Positions 1 through 10,296 of a stretch of 64,000 nt of DNA are shown here, piece after piece; position 1 is the first letter of the stretch; each line of letters starts with the position of its first letter. The notes under the pieces are model-generated. The model did not search any database. It was given only the letters and a program-made list of their open reading frames with translations, and was not told the origin of the DNA. Position numbers and translations under genes: made by a program. The DNA comes from Eubacteriales bacterium. GTDB lineage: Bacteria; Bacillota; Clostridia; Oscillospirales; CAG-272. The stretch spans positions 102,705-166,704 of the forward strand of contig JAZRTK010000026.1 of NCBI GenBank assembly GCA_045651985.1, given 5' to 3'.

Positions 1-445
1 CAACACCCAGAGCAAATCGAATGACCGAGGAGACCTGCGCGCCGTCATCCGACGGCGGGGCCGTATTTTTGCAAATAAGCTCTTCTATGCCGTATTGCTT
101 TGCGCTCTTTTTGAAAATTTCGCTTCGCACGGCGTCCGATTCGACGGCAAATATTACACCGCATGGTGCGAGCAGACCCGTGAGCAGGATATACCCGCAG
201 TCCTCGGAGCAAAAAAAGAATCGGGAAGATGCGATGTCCCTGCCTGTGGCGAACATCTCGCGGTCGGAGGGGAGGAGCTGTCTGAACAGATCCGCTCCCG
301 CAGCATTTTCGCCGGGGAGCGTTGATATTATGACTTTTCCGTCGGGGGTGAGTACCCACGTGCGGTAGAGTCCCTCCTCCGCACCCTGCGCGGCGGAGGG
401 CGTTTTGTTTCCATTTTGTTTTATCATCAGCTGTGCGTTCATCAT
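1..445 (-). CDS. hypothetical protein, N-terminal part only (gene runs off the window start)
   Basis: I read the minus-strand frame codon by codon from ATG at 445 to position 2 and found no stop. It is absent from the ORF track because it is open-ended. Its ATG overlaps the TGA of the upstream gene (ATGA overlap at 442-445). Confidence 0.45.
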   Translation of the reverse strand, partial: MMNAQLMIKQNGNKTPSAAQGAEEGLYRTWVLTPDGKVIISTLPGENAAGADLFRQLLPSDREMFATGRDIASSRFFFCSEDCGYILLTGLLAPCGVIFAVESDAVRSEIFKKSAKQYGIEELICKNTAPPSDDGAQVSSVIRFALGV

Positions 446-1410
446 TGTGATGTTACCCCTTTGCCCGTTTCGCTTGTGAATTGGTGGTTCGAGAGAAGCG
501 CGGAGTCAAGGATCGCCGTCAGACGGTCGGCGTTTTCCTGTCCATGGGCGAAAATGCATCTTATATTGTAGCGGGTAAAGGATATCTGCATGGTGTCGAC
601 CGTCGTGCGGAATTTTTGCACGTCCTCGTCACTGCCAAGTGCGGTGAGGTCAAGGGCGATGATGTCGAAGAAATCAGCCACGCCGCGGCATGCCTGAGCG
701 AACAGGTCTGCGTCGTTTGTCTCCGCCATGGGAAGGACTGCGCCCACTAAGGTCTGCGGATTTGCCGATCTTATTTTTTCTGCCGCTGCGGCAAGGAACG
801 CCATGCCGTCCTGGTCTGTGTCAAAGCCCATAAGCAAAATTTCGTGCGCGCCTGCCTTTGCGATCTCGCACATCTGCAACACCTCCATGTCGAGTATCGC
901 CTGTGCGGCAATGTCGTCCATTTCGTCGGTGCTTTCTCGGTGGAAGATCACCGAAACGCGGCTGTTTTTCTTTGTCAGCGCGCTCATGACCGTCTCCACT
1001 GTAGGCAGGTCATCGCTCAGGGGACCTGATACCGCCTCAATTGCGGGCGATCTGTAGAAGATCTCGCCCGTTATGCTTTTCAGAACCGTTGAAACTGTGG
1101 CGGTGTTCTCGGGTATCTCAATATTTTTTATATCGGACACCGAAACAAAAGGCGCGTTGACCTTTTCCTTCCAGATCTCAACGCCTGCGGGCGGTTGCAG
1201 GGAGGAGGTGGGAGTGGTCTCCACCGTTGATAGAAATTCGCTTTCGGCACGTACCTTTTCCGCTTTTTCACGCAAACGAAGACCCAGAATAATACTCAGG
1301 TAAACGACGAGTGCCGTGAAGATAAGAACGCAAAGAATTATAATTCTCGATCTTCCCCGTTCGCTTTTGCGCCGTCCCACATAACGGCGGTAGCGGATAC
1401 GTCTGCCCAT
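442..1410 (-). CDS. membrane-anchored hypothetical protein (basic N-terminus plus one TM helix)
   Basis: 322-aa ORF with the RBS AAGGAGAGAG upstream of the ATG. The N-terminus is an Arg-rich stretch followed by a hydrophobic helix. I recognise no family motif. Confidence 0.6.
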   Translation of the reverse strand: MGRRIRYRRYVGRRKSERGRSRIIILCVLIFTALVVYLSIILGLRLREKAEKVRAESEFLSTVETTPTSSLQPPAGVEIWKEKVNAPFVSVSDIKNIEIPENTATVSTVLKSITGEIFYRSPAIEAVSGPLSDDLPTVETVMSALTKKNSRVSVIFHRESTDEMDDIAAQAILDMEVLQMCEIAKAGAHEILLMGFDTDQDGMAFLAAAAEKIRSANPQTLVGAVLPMAETNDADLFAQACRGVADFFDIIALDLTALGSDEDVQKFRTTVDTMQISFTRYNIRCIFAHGQENADRLTAILDSALLSNHQFTSETGKGVTSQ

Positions 1411-1428
1411 GTGAACTCTCTCCTTTTA

Positions 1429-2436
1429 TCAGTTGATTTCAGTTAAGTCAAGTGATCTTCCAAAGTCTGTTGCGGCTGTTTCTGCGTTCTGCGCCATTTG
1501 TGTCAGAAGCGTGTTTGCCGCAGCGTAGAGGTATTGCTCTTTTAACCCCTCAAAGTTATTTTCTATGTATTTGCTGTCCTTTTCAAGACGGCAGATGATG
1601 AAAAATCCTGTTGAGGTCTCAACAATTCCGCTGTGCCCGCCCACATTGAGGGCAAAAGCCGCGTCCTCGTATGCCTGATCGTACTCACCGTAGGTAAAAT
1701 AATAGCCGTCGGTGGTGGTCATGTAAAAGTCCTCGCTGTAACGTCCGATGACGCTCGTGAGCTTTTCGCCCGAGTTCAGCTCGTCAAGAGCCGTCTGCGC
1801 CTTTTTTCGGTTGGCTTCTATATCCTCGCCCTCGTCGTTCTGGACGTAGACGTGGAGAGTGCGAATGAAAGTGTCGCCTTCAATAGCTTTTCTCGCCGCG
1901 TCGTCCGAGCCGTCGATAGTCTTGTTTTCGATCAGCTTTATCCGGAGAAGGTTCAGCACCTGTGCCGCTTGCAAGTTATAGCGAAGCAGGTGGTCGGTCA
2001 TGAAGTTTTCCTCAAGCTGTTTTACGTACCCGTCCTTGCCGCCCGCTTGCTCTGCCATAGAGTCGATGGTGCTCTGCACCGCATTTTTGACGTCGTCGCT
2101 GTCAACGTCGATGCCGAGCCGGGCGGCATAGGACATAATGACCGCGTTTTTTATCAGACTTTCCCGCACGAAGCTTTCAAGCTCGGCTTTGCAGTCAACG
2201 TTCATTTCGGGGTCCGAAAAGCAGTTTTCGCCGTATTTGTATTCCATGTCGCGGCGAGCGTTGAGGGTAACGTAGCGAAGCTCCTCGTAATAAACCTCCC
2301 GTCCGTTGACGGTCATGACGACCTTCAGCTCGTCGCCCTTGCTTTTTATGGGTCTAAGCTCGCCGCAAGAGGCAAGAGGCAGGGTCAAAAGAGCCGCCAA
2401 AAGAGCGCTGACGCCCCGAAAAAACAGTTTTTTCAT
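1429..2436 (-). CDS. PpiC/PrsA-like peptidyl-prolyl isomerase lipoprotein
   Basis: The internal start MKKLFF gives a lipoprotein signal with lipobox LASC. The C-terminal GGHSGIVETSTGFFII resembles a parvulin domain. Confidence 0.7.
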   Translation of the reverse strand: MKKLFFRGVSALLAALLTLPLASCGELRPIKSKGDELKVVMTVNGREVYYEELRYVTLNARRDMEYKYGENCFSDPEMNVDCKAELESFVRESLIKNAVIMSYAARLGIDVDSDDVKNAVQSTIDSMAEQAGGKDGYVKQLEENFMTDHLLRYNLQAAQVLNLLRIKLIENKTIDGSDDAARKAIEGDTFIRTLHVYVQNDEGEDIEANRKKAQTALDELNSGEKLTSVIGRYSEDFYMTTTDGYYFTYGEYDQAYEDAAFALNVGGHSGIVETSTGFFIICRLEKDSKYIENNFEGLKEQYLYAAANTLLTQMAQNAETAATDFGRSLDLTEIN

Positions 2437-2635
2437 AAATCTCCTTGATTTTCGGCAAAAAAATGCCGAGATACTATATATAGACATTTCCATAGTATAT
2501 AATAACATGATATTGTGAATTCTGTATGAATAACAAAAAATTTTTTTCGATTTTTTGGCTCTTTTTTAAAAAACTCTTGATTTCGCGCAGGGGAAGGGAT
2601 ATAATGGAAGCAGAAAAATAATTCGGGGGACGAAG

Positions 2636-3580
2636 ATGGAACAGGAATACACCATAAAACTAAAAAAAATTATAAAACAATTTAACCTCAAAACCTTGTA
2701 TCTGCCCGAAAAAGGGGAGGAAATAAAGGTCTGCTCGCCCGACGTGGAGAGACCGGGTCTTGCCCTTTCGGGATTTTTTGAAAAGTTTGAAAACACACGC
2801 ATTGAGGTCATCGGAAAGGCAGAGCACGCATACCTTGAAAGTCTGTCCGTCCCGGAGAGGGACGCGCGCATCTGCCAATTTATGAGGATGCGTCCCGTTG
2901 CGGTGGTATTTTCCACAGACCTTGACGTTTTCGGCGAGATGATAACCTACGCCAAGGAATATGACGTTCCCGTGCTGTCCTCGGAGATGAGAACGAGCAG
3001 TCTCATTGCGGCGATAATTGCGTTTTTGCACGTTGAGCTTGCGCCCAGAATAACCCGCCACGGCGTTCTGGTCGAGGTCTACGGCGAGGGTCTTTTGCTG
3101 CTGGGCGACAGCGGAGTGGGTAAGAGTGAGACGGCAATTGAGCTTGTGAAGCGAGGCCATCGTCTGATAGCCGACGACGCGGTTGAGATCAAGCGCGTAT
3201 CCGCCACCACGCTTGTAGGCAGCGCGCCCAAAATCATCCGCCACTATATTGAGCTTCGCGGTATCGGGATCGTTGACGTAAAACGACTTTTCGGTATGGG
3301 TGCGGTCAAGGACACGGAAAAGGTGGACCTTGTTATCAACCTTGAGCCTTGGGTGCAGGGCAAGATGTACGACCGACTGGGTATCGACGACGAAACGATC
3401 GACATTCTCGGCATAAACGTGCCGTCGATCACCATTCCCGTGCGACCGGGACGAAACCTCGCCATAATTTTAGAGATCGCGGCGATGAACAACCGCCAAA
3501 AGCGAATGGGCTACAACACAGCTCAGGAGTTCAACAAGCAGCTGATCAGCCAGATGGGTCTGGGCGAGGACGACGAGTAA
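2636..3580 (+). CDS. hprK: HPr kinase/phosphorylase
   Basis: P-loop GDSGVGKSETAIELVKRGHRLIADD and the LRGIGI signature, with a length typical of the family. Confidence 0.9.
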   Translation: MEQEYTIKLKKIIKQFNLKTLYLPEKGEEIKVCSPDVERPGLALSGFFEKFENTRIEVIGKAEHAYLESLSVPERDARICQFMRMRPVAVVFSTDLDVFGEMITYAKEYDVPVLSSEMRTSSLIAAIIAFLHVELAPRITRHGVLVEVYGEGLLLLGDSGVGKSETAIELVKRGHRLIADDAVEIKRVSATTLVGSAPKIIRHYIELRGIGIVDVKRLFGMGAVKDTEKVDLVINLEPWVQGKMYDRLGIDDETIDILGINVPSITIPVRPGRNLAIILEIAAMNNRQKRMGYNTAQEFNKQLISQMGLGEDDE

Positions 3581-3583
3581 AAT

Positions 3584-3611
3584 AAAAAAGACCGCTCTTG
3601 CGGTCTTTTTT
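3584..3611. terminator. bidirectional intrinsic terminator between the convergent hprK and ABC ATPase genes
   Basis: AAAAAA-GACCGC-tctt-GCGGTC-TTTTTT. Confidence 0.75.
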
Positions 3612-3614
3612 ATT

Positions 3615-4403
3615 TTAACTCAACAGCGCCTTGTCGCTTAATGCCTCGCCGACCTCGGAGAACTTTTTGATGAGGAAGTCAACGGTGAGGTTCTTCTTTT
3701 CCTCGCCCGAAACGTCGTAAACGATACGTCCGTTGTTCATCATGATAAGGCGGTTGCCGTGCTTTATGGCGTCGTTCATGTTGTGAGTGATCATGAGGGT
3801 GGTCAGCTTGTTTTCTGTGACCAGCTTGTCGGTGATCTCAAGTACCTTTGCGGCGGTCTTGGGGTCAAGAGCCGCGGTGTGCTCGTCCAGAAGCAGGAGC
3901 TTGGGGTCGTTCATTGCCGCCATGAGCAGGGTGACAGCCTGTCTCTGACCGCCCGAGAGAAGTCCCACCTTGCTGGTAAGGCGGGTCTCAAGTCCAAGTT
4001 CAAGCTGTGTCAGCAGCTTGCGGTAGCGCTCGCGGTCGCGTGCGCTGATCGCCCAGCCGAGGCCGCGGCGGAGTCCGCGGGAATCGGCGATAGACATATT
4101 TTCTTCTACCCACATGTCGGGTGCGGTACCCATTCTGGGGTCCTGAAAAACTCGTCCTATGAACTTGGCTCTCTTGTGTTCGGGGAGCTTTGTGATGTCG
4201 TGACCGTCAATGATGATCTGACCGTCGTCCAAGGGCCACACGCCTGCGATCGCGTTGAGCATGGTGGATTTACCTGCGCCGTTGCCGCCGATGACGGTAA
4301 TGAAATCGCCGTCGTTTATGGTCAGGTCGAGTCCGTTGAAAACGACCTTTTCGTTGATGGTTCCCGCGTTGAAGGTCTTGCAAATATTTTTAAGTTCAAG
4401 CAT
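3615..4403 (-). CDS. ABC transporter ATP-binding protein (COG2984-type uptake system)
   Basis: Walker A GGNGAGKST, signature LSGGQRQ and Walker B LLLLDE. It overlaps the permease gene by 8 nt. Confidence 0.9.
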   Translation of the reverse strand: MLELKNICKTFNAGTINEKVVFNGLDLTINDGDFITVIGGNGAGKSTMLNAIAGVWPLDDGQIIIDGHDITKLPEHKRAKFIGRVFQDPRMGTAPDMWVEENMSIADSRGLRRGLGWAISARDRERYRKLLTQLELGLETRLTSKVGLLSGGQRQAVTLLMAAMNDPKLLLLDEHTAALDPKTAAKVLEITDKLVTENKLTTLMITHNMNDAIKHGNRLIMMNNGRIVYDVSGEEKKNLTVDFLIKKFSEVGEALSDKALLS

Positions 4404-5379
4404 TTTTGTTCACCTTGACCTTCCTGCGTTTTTTGAAATAAGTGTTTTTGATGTATGGTGCGCCAAGAAAGACGGCAACCACGAGAGCCGAGAGCATCTT
4501 AAGATACTCGCTGGGCAGTCCAAAGAAGATGACCGTCTGGTAAACGCCCCAGTAGATCATAGCGCCAAGGACAACGCACATGAGCTTGACTGCAAAGTTG
4601 GAGGTCATGCGGCAGAATACCTCGCCGACAATTATAGCGGCGAGACCCACGACGATAGCGCCCTTACCCATGTTGATGTTAGCGGCGCCCTGCTGCTGTG
4701 CGAGAAGCGAGCCGGAGAGAGCAACGATACCGTTTGAGATAGCAAGACCCAGCACCTTGGTAAAATTGGTGTTGATGCCTTGGGCACGGCTCATTTCAAG
4801 GTTGCTTCCCGTTGAGCGGAGGCTGATACCGGTCTTTGTTCCGAAGAACCAGTAGAGGATACCGATAACGACGGCGCAGAAAAGAAGCAGAATAAACAGT
4901 GCGCGATAGACCTCCGGGCTGTCGCAGGCGGATTCCGCCTGAATTAAAACCTTGTCGGCGTACTTAAATCGAGAAAGACCGATCATAGAGCCGCCGAGGA
5001 TAATGAGGTTTGCGGACCAGAGCATAAGCTGGGTAAGGATACCCGCCAAAATAACGGGGATACCCAAGAGAGTGTGCAGCAGGCCTGTTGCAAGACCTGC
5101 GACAGCGCCTGCGATAAAAGCGCCGATCATAGAGATCCAGATATTGTAACCCTTTTGGAGAAGCATGGCACACACCGCTGCGCCCGTGCATATAGAGCCG
5201 TCGACGGTAAGATCGGCGACGTCGAGAATTTTAAAGGTGATGTAAAGACCGATAGCCATAAGTCCCCAGATAAGCCCCTGAGTAAAGGCACCGGGCATGG
5301 TACCAAGCCAGGTGAACACAGGATTTGCGCCTGCGGTTAAGGAGCCCATGGCGTCGGCGATGATTTGAAAGAATTGCAT
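4396..5379 (-). CDS. ABC transporter permease
   Basis: Polytopic hydrophobic 327-aa protein in an operon between the SBP and ATPase genes. Confidence 0.85.
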   Translation of the reverse strand: MQFFQIIADAMGSLTAGANPVFTWLGTMPGAFTQGLIWGLMAIGLYITFKILDVADLTVDGSICTGAAVCAMLLQKGYNIWISMIGAFIAGAVAGLATGLLHTLLGIPVILAGILTQLMLWSANLIILGGSMIGLSRFKYADKVLIQAESACDSPEVYRALFILLLFCAVVIGILYWFFGTKTGISLRSTGSNLEMSRAQGINTNFTKVLGLAISNGIVALSGSLLAQQQGAANINMGKGAIVVGLAAIIVGEVFCRMTSNFAVKLMCVVLGAMIYWGVYQTVIFFGLPSEYLKMLSALVVAVFLGAPYIKNTYFKKRRKVKVNKNA

Positions 5380-5464
5380 TTAAGCCTCCATTATTTATAA
5401 AACAGGACATGCCTGCGGACGTATGAAAAAAACGTCCGCAGGCGGTTTGTCAGATTGTTTTTGA

Positions 5465-6454
5465 TTATTCGGCTGCGATCGCAACGTAGCCTGCAGCCTC
5501 AAGCGCGGCTGTGTCGATGTTGAGCTGTGCGCACTTTTCTGCGTTGTACATCTTTGTGAACTCTGCTGCATACTGAACGGGCATGGTGCTGATGTCAGCC
5601 TCGCCTGTCAGGATCTTTGCTGCCATTTTACCTGTTGCGTAGCCGAGATCGTAGTACTCGATAGAAAGAGTTGCAACGCCGCAGCCAACGCAGATACCCT
5701 GCTCGCCGACGATCGCGGGAGTGTCACCGATAACGCCGTTGATAGCGGCAGCGCACTCGGCAGCCGTGTTGTCGGTGGGGATGTAGATAACGTCAGCCTC
5801 AGCCGCTGCGTTTGCGGCAACTGCGTTTACGTCGTTGGAGTCGGTGAAGCTCTTGTCAAGAACGGTGATGCCCTTACCCTCAAGCGCTTCCTTTACTACC
5901 TTTACCTGATATGCGGAGTTGGGCTCGGAGCTGCAGTAGAGCATAGCGACCGTCTTTGCCTCGGGGAAGAGGTCAAGGATCATCTGAGCCTGCTGGTCGA
6001 GAGGAGCCAGGTCGGAAGTACCCGAAACGTTTCCGCCGACAGTTCCGCTAAAGTCTTCGATACCGAGAGCTACGCCGTACTCTGTAATGGAAGTGCCCAG
6101 GATCGGGATAGAGGATGTACCGTTGACAGCGGCAGTCAGTGCGGGAGTAGCGTTAGCCATGATAAGGTCAACCTTTTTATTTACGAAGTTAGTAACGATG
6201 GTTGTACAAACAGCGGGATCGTTGTTTGCGTTCTCGTTGAGGAAAGTAACCTTATCACCAAGCTCAGCCTTGAGGGCGTCCATAAAGCCCTGAGTTGCCG
6301 CGTCAAGCGCGGGGTGGGGTACCAGCTGGCAGATGCCGACAGTGAATGTGTCCTTTTCGGCATCGTCATTGTTGTCCTTTGCGTTGCCGCCGCAGGAAGC
6401 GAGGCAGAGAGCGCTCATAGCGAGCACCAAAATAAGAGCGAGGATCTTTTTCAT
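5465..6454 (-). CDS. ABC transporter substrate-binding lipoprotein (ABC_sub_bind / COG2984-like)
   Basis: Lipoprotein signal LASCGG. It is the first gene behind the T-box leader, and the fold assignment comes from motif resemblance only. Confidence 0.8.
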   Translation of the reverse strand: MKKILALILVLAMSALCLASCGGNAKDNNDDAEKDTFTVGICQLVPHPALDAATQGFMDALKAELGDKVTFLNENANNDPAVCTTIVTNFVNKKVDLIMANATPALTAAVNGTSSIPILGTSITEYGVALGIEDFSGTVGGNVSGTSDLAPLDQQAQMILDLFPEAKTVAMLYCSSEPNSAYQVKVVKEALEGKGITVLDKSFTDSNDVNAVAANAAAEADVIYIPTDNTAAECAAAINGVIGDTPAIVGEQGICVGCGVATLSIEYYDLGYATGKMAAKILTGEADISTMPVQYAAEFTKMYNAEKCAQLNIDTAALEAAGYVAIAAE

Positions 6455-6519
6455 TTTTGTTTCTCCTTTTAGGGGGTAATATTATTTTTAACCGTCCCGG
6501 CGGACGGATTAAATCGGAA

Positions 6520-6798
6520 ATAAAAAAAGCCCTGTACACCTTGCGGTGCACAGAGACGACTTTAAAACAAAACCGTGTTACCACTCTGTTTCGCCGCTGC
6601 CTTGCAACAGACGGCCTTATCAGGCGTTTCAAACAAAACGTCCGCACTGTAACGGGTGCACCCGACGCAGCTTTTTCCTGCGCAGCTCACGGAGCGTAAT
6701 TCGTTTTTTGCTATCGGACGGGTCGCACCAACCCCCGCCTCTCTGAAGCGATACGCTAAAAAACTACTCAAATCCGGTCAAGGCTTTTCTTTGAGATT
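6520..6798 (-). promoter_or_regulatory. T-box leader (tRNA-sensing transcription attenuator) with its own promoter and terminator
   Basis: All elements read on the minus strand. Promoter TTGACA (6833-6828), 17-nt spacer, TAAAAT (6810-6805). Stem I has AGAGAG and GGUUGGUGCGA. The T-box sequence is ACAGAGUGGUAACACGG (6573-6590). The terminator is CUCUGUGCACC-gcaa-GGUGUACAGGG plus a U-run (6522-6555). ACAGAG in the T-box can pair with CUCUGU of the terminator, giving the antiterminator. Confidence 0.75.
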
Positions 6799-6941
6799 GC
6801 TCCTATTTTACCACCGTAAACAAGGTTTGTCAAGGGGTTTTTGAATATTTTTTTGCAAAAATTGACTTTTTGGCGGATTTATACGGATTTTGTGCATAAA
6901 TATTCCTTGGTTTTGCAAAATAACGGGAGGGGCGACGACCC

Positions 6942-7559
6942 CTACCCGAAAATTTCCTTTATTATTTCAAGGATCTTAAATTTTACACGGTACCTGCCCG
7001 AATCGCTTTTGGTGATGATGCGATACTGCTCACCCGTCAGCCCCGCCGCAATAAAGGCGTCCTCGGTTTCCTTTTCGCTCCGAGAGGCGGCCTTCAGACA
7101 TATGGGCGGGAAAAGCACGCACCACCAGTTCTGCCCTTTTGCGTCGCCTATCATCACCCGCAGGGAAAGATATACGCCCGCAGGGAATTTTAAGCCCTCG
7201 TAGTTGCGTTCGGGGTATTCCTCCTGACCGAGATCTACCGTGACGGTGTAAGTAAAGCCGTTTTCCTCTACCACCTTTTTCGCCTCGCGCTCAATGAGAG
7301 GGAGAGCCGACCGCGCAAGCGTTTCCGCCTCATCCTTGTTCTTTGCCTGCGCAAAAATCTCCTCGGTCACCTCGATTATGCGGTCGCGGACCTTCAGCTT
7401 CAGCGCTTGGTCCGGCTCGCTGTCCGAGTTTGCCAAAACGTGCAAGCGCACGACGCTGTCGTACACCTTTTCCTCACCCGAGACGGGGAAAAGCCCAAGC
7501 ACCAGCGCACATAGTACCGTCAGGGTCAGCAGAGTGAATATTTTTCTGTCCTTTTTCAT
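6942..7559 (-). CDS. spoIIR: stage II sporulation protein R
   Basis: VVRLHVLANSDS, QALKLKVRD and GQNWWCVLFPPIC motifs, plus an N-terminal signal/anchor. Confidence 0.85.
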   Translation of the reverse strand: MKKDRKIFTLLTLTVLCALVLGLFPVSGEEKVYDSVVRLHVLANSDSEPDQALKLKVRDRIIEVTEEIFAQAKNKDEAETLARSALPLIEREAKKVVEENGFTYTVTVDLGQEEYPERNYEGLKFPAGVYLSLRVMIGDAKGQNWWCVLFPPICLKAASRSEKETEDAFIAAGLTGEQYRIITKSDSGRYRVKFKILEIIKEIFG

Positions 7560-7690
7560 AATTTTTTATGTCCTTTCATTGCCTTTGCAGTATTATTTGC
7601 GCTTTGACGGGAAGATTATTCATGATTGACAAATTATATCTTGTGTGTTAAAATTAAGGGTAGAATTTTGTCAAGAGAGGAGGCGGGGAA

Positions 7691-9211
7691 ATGAAGCGCT
7701 TTTTTGCGTTGCTCATGTGTTTTCTGATGCTTTTCCTTGCGTCCTGCTCGGGTAACGTAAAAAAAACCGACGGAGTGACCGCTCTTGCGCCCGATAACGA
7801 GACTCCCCACGCCATAGGACTTTTAAACCCCGACGCGGAGGTGCGCGGTGTGTGGATAGCGACCGTCGGGAACATCAATTTTCCCTCGAAAAAGGGGCTT
7901 TCGGCAGAAAAGCTGAAGGAGGAGCTTGACGATATAGTAAAAACGAGCTCCGAGAACAACATAAATACCATTTTCTTTCAGGTGCGTCCCTGCGCCGACG
8001 CACTTTACAGGTCCGAGCTGTTTCCCCAGTCGGAGTTCGTTTCGGGCAAGCAGGGAAAGTCGCCCGACGGCGGCTTTGACTGCCTTGAATACCTTGTAAA
8101 CGAAGCAAAAAAGCAAAAAATAAACGTTCACGCCTGGGTAAATCCCCTTCGGGTGACCTACGGAAGCTCGTCAAACCCCAAAACCGACGTGAACGCGCTG
8201 TCAGAGGACAACCCCGCCCGCAAAAACCCCGATTGGACTATCCCGTACGCCGACGGCAAGCTCTATTTTGACGCGGGAAACCCCGCTGTACGGGAATATA
8301 TAGCGCAAGGCGTTGTGGAGATAGTGAAAAATTACGCCGTTGACGGCGTGGTCTTTGACGACTATTTTTACCCTTATCCCGTAACCGAAAACGGCAAGAC
8401 CGCGGAGTTTGAGGACGGTGTCTCCTTTGCAAAACACGGCGCGGGACGTCAAAAGGACGACTGGCGGCGGGAGAACGTAAACTCTCTTGTTCGCGACTGC
8501 TATAACGCAGTGAAATCCGTAAGAAACACCTGCCTTTTCGGCATTTCGCCTTTTGGGATATGGCAAAATGACGACGGCAAAAACGGCGGCAGTGACACAA
8601 GAGGCTTTGAGGCGTTCAAATCCCTTTATTGCGACGCCCTTGCTTGGGCTGAAGGCGGCTACGTTGATTATATCGCGCCCCAGCTTTACTGGCAGAGGTC
8701 AAGTGATGCCGCGCCCTATGAGGAGCTTGCGAATTGGTGGAACGCCGCCCTTGACGGCACGGGCGTTGACCTGCTCGTCGCCCACGGTGTCTACAATTAC
8801 GACACATGGGAAAACCCCGAGGGCGAGCTTAGTGCTCAGATCGAGCTTTCACGCGACCTGCTTACCTATAAGGGAAGCGTGCTATACGGATACGCGGCGC
8901 TGAGATCCGACTCCCGAGGACTATTACGCGAGACGAGGGACGTTTTCTCACAGGAGATCGTTTATTCGGACGCGGTGTCCGACTACTCGCAGATAACAGT
9001 CGAGGGCAGCGCCAACGTGATCACTGCGGCATACGTGTATACCCTGCGAGGCCACGCCGACCCCGCACAGCCGTTCACGGTCAACGGACGCGGCGTCAGC
9101 CGCAACAAAAGCGGCGATTTTGAGGTGGAAATCAAGCTTTCAAGGGGCGAAAATAAGCTGGTGCTGAAAAGCGGTGACAAGACCAAAACAATAACGGTCA
9201 CACGGGAGTAA
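7691..9211 (+). CDS. glycoside-hydrolase-like GHL10 (DUF187, YngK-like) lipoprotein
   Basis: Lipobox LASC. RGVWIATVGNIDFP-like opening and TIM-barrel-like motifs typical of the family. Confidence 0.7.
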   Translation: MKRFFALLMCFLMLFLASCSGNVKKTDGVTALAPDNETPHAIGLLNPDAEVRGVWIATVGNINFPSKKGLSAEKLKEELDDIVKTSSENNINTIFFQVRPCADALYRSELFPQSEFVSGKQGKSPDGGFDCLEYLVNEAKKQKINVHAWVNPLRVTYGSSSNPKTDVNALSEDNPARKNPDWTIPYADGKLYFDAGNPAVREYIAQGVVEIVKNYAVDGVVFDDYFYPYPVTENGKTAEFEDGVSFAKHGAGRQKDDWRRENVNSLVRDCYNAVKSVRNTCLFGISPFGIWQNDDGKNGGSDTRGFEAFKSLYCDALAWAEGGYVDYIAPQLYWQRSSDAAPYEELANWWNAALDGTGVDLLVAHGVYNYDTWENPEGELSAQIELSRDLLTYKGSVLYGYAALRSDSRGLLRETRDVFSQEIVYSDAVSDYSQITVEGSANVITAAYVYTLRGHADPAQPFTVNGRGVSRNKSGDFEVEIKLSRGENKLVLKSGDKTKTITVTRE

Positions 9212-9213
9212 AA

Positions 9214-10296
9214 ATGAAACAAAAATTTGAAATAAAAGGCTTCTCTCTCGGTGGCAAGGAGATAGAAAACGGTTTGGTGCTGGCGCCCATGGCGGGCGCC
9301 ACCGACCGCGCTTTCCGTGAGATATGCCGAGAAAACGGAGCGGAGCTGACCATAAGCGAAATGGTGTCCGCAAAGGCACTCTGCTACGAGCAACGATCGA
9401 AAAAAGCGGAGATGTCAAGGACCGCGCCCCTTGCCGACGTCCACAAAAACGAGGAGCCCATGTCGGTACAGATATTCGGATCTGAGCCGTCCTTTATGGC
9501 GCAGGCCGCCGCCCTGCTTGAGTCGGGGGAGTACCGAGGCAGACAGGGCGACGGACGCCCCGTTTCAATTGATATAAACATGGGCTGTCCCGTCCACAAG
9601 ATAGTGGGAAACGGTGAAGGCTCGGCGCTGATGAAAAGCCCAAAGCTTGTGGGCGAGATAGTAAAAGCGGTGAGTGAGTCCGTAAAAATACCCGTGACCG
9701 TAAAAATACGCGCGGGCTGGGACGAAAACAGCATAAACGCACCCGAGATCGCAAAAATTGCCGAGGCGAACGGGGCTGCGGCGGTGTTCGTCCACGGGCG
9801 GACAAGACAGCAGATGTACGCGCCCTTCGCCGACTGGTCTGTTATTGCCGACGTGAAGCGCAGCGTAAAAATTCCCGTTATCGGAAACGGTGATATTTTC
9901 ACGGCGGAAGATGCGAGAAAGATAGTAGATGTGACGGGCTGTGACGGCGTGATGATAGGTCGCGGAGCCTTGGGAAATCCTTGGCTTTTTTCGGAAATTC
10001 GCGCAATGGCACGGGGTGAGGAATTTAACCTGCCCAATTTTGCGACCCGCATGAAAACGGCGATGCGCCACCTTGAGCTGATGCGCGCCTACAAGGGTGA
10101 TTTTATCGCCGCGCAGGAGGCGAAAAAGCATATTGCCTGGTATATAAAGAACGTTCGCGGCGCATCTGACGCTCGGCGCGAAATAAACGAATCGACGGGC
10201 ACAGATCAGATAAAAGCGATCATTTTCCGTCTGATATCGGAGGCGGAAAGTGGGAAAAGAAGCCCACGAGATGAAGGAGATCCAAATGAATGTTGA
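9214..10296 (+). CDS. dusB: tRNA-dihydrouridine synthase
   Basis: LAPMAGATDRAFR, DINMGCP and HGRTRQQMY motifs. Confidence 0.85.
   Translation: MKQKFEIKGFSLGGKEIENGLVLAPMAGATDRAFREICRENGAELTISEMVSAKALCYEQRSKKAEMSRTAPLADVHKNEEPMSVQIFGSEPSFMAQAAALLESGEYRGRQGDGRPVSIDINMGCPVHKIVGNGEGSALMKSPKLVGEIVKAVSESVKIPVTVKIRAGWDENSINAPEIAKIAEANGAAAVFVHGRTRQQMYAPFADWSVIADVKRSVKIPVIGNGDIFTAEDARKIVDVTGCDGVMIGRGALGNPWLFSEIRAMARGEEFNLPNFATRMKTAMRHLELMRAYKGDFIAAQEAKKHIAWYIKNVRGASDARREINESTGTDQIKAIIFRLISEAESGKRSPRDEGDPNEC

Noticed and set aside
7560-7650. Sigma-F type promoter upstream of spoIIR
   Set aside because: Expected biologically, but the best candidate (GGCAATGAAA as the -10 element) is too degenerate to support by eye.
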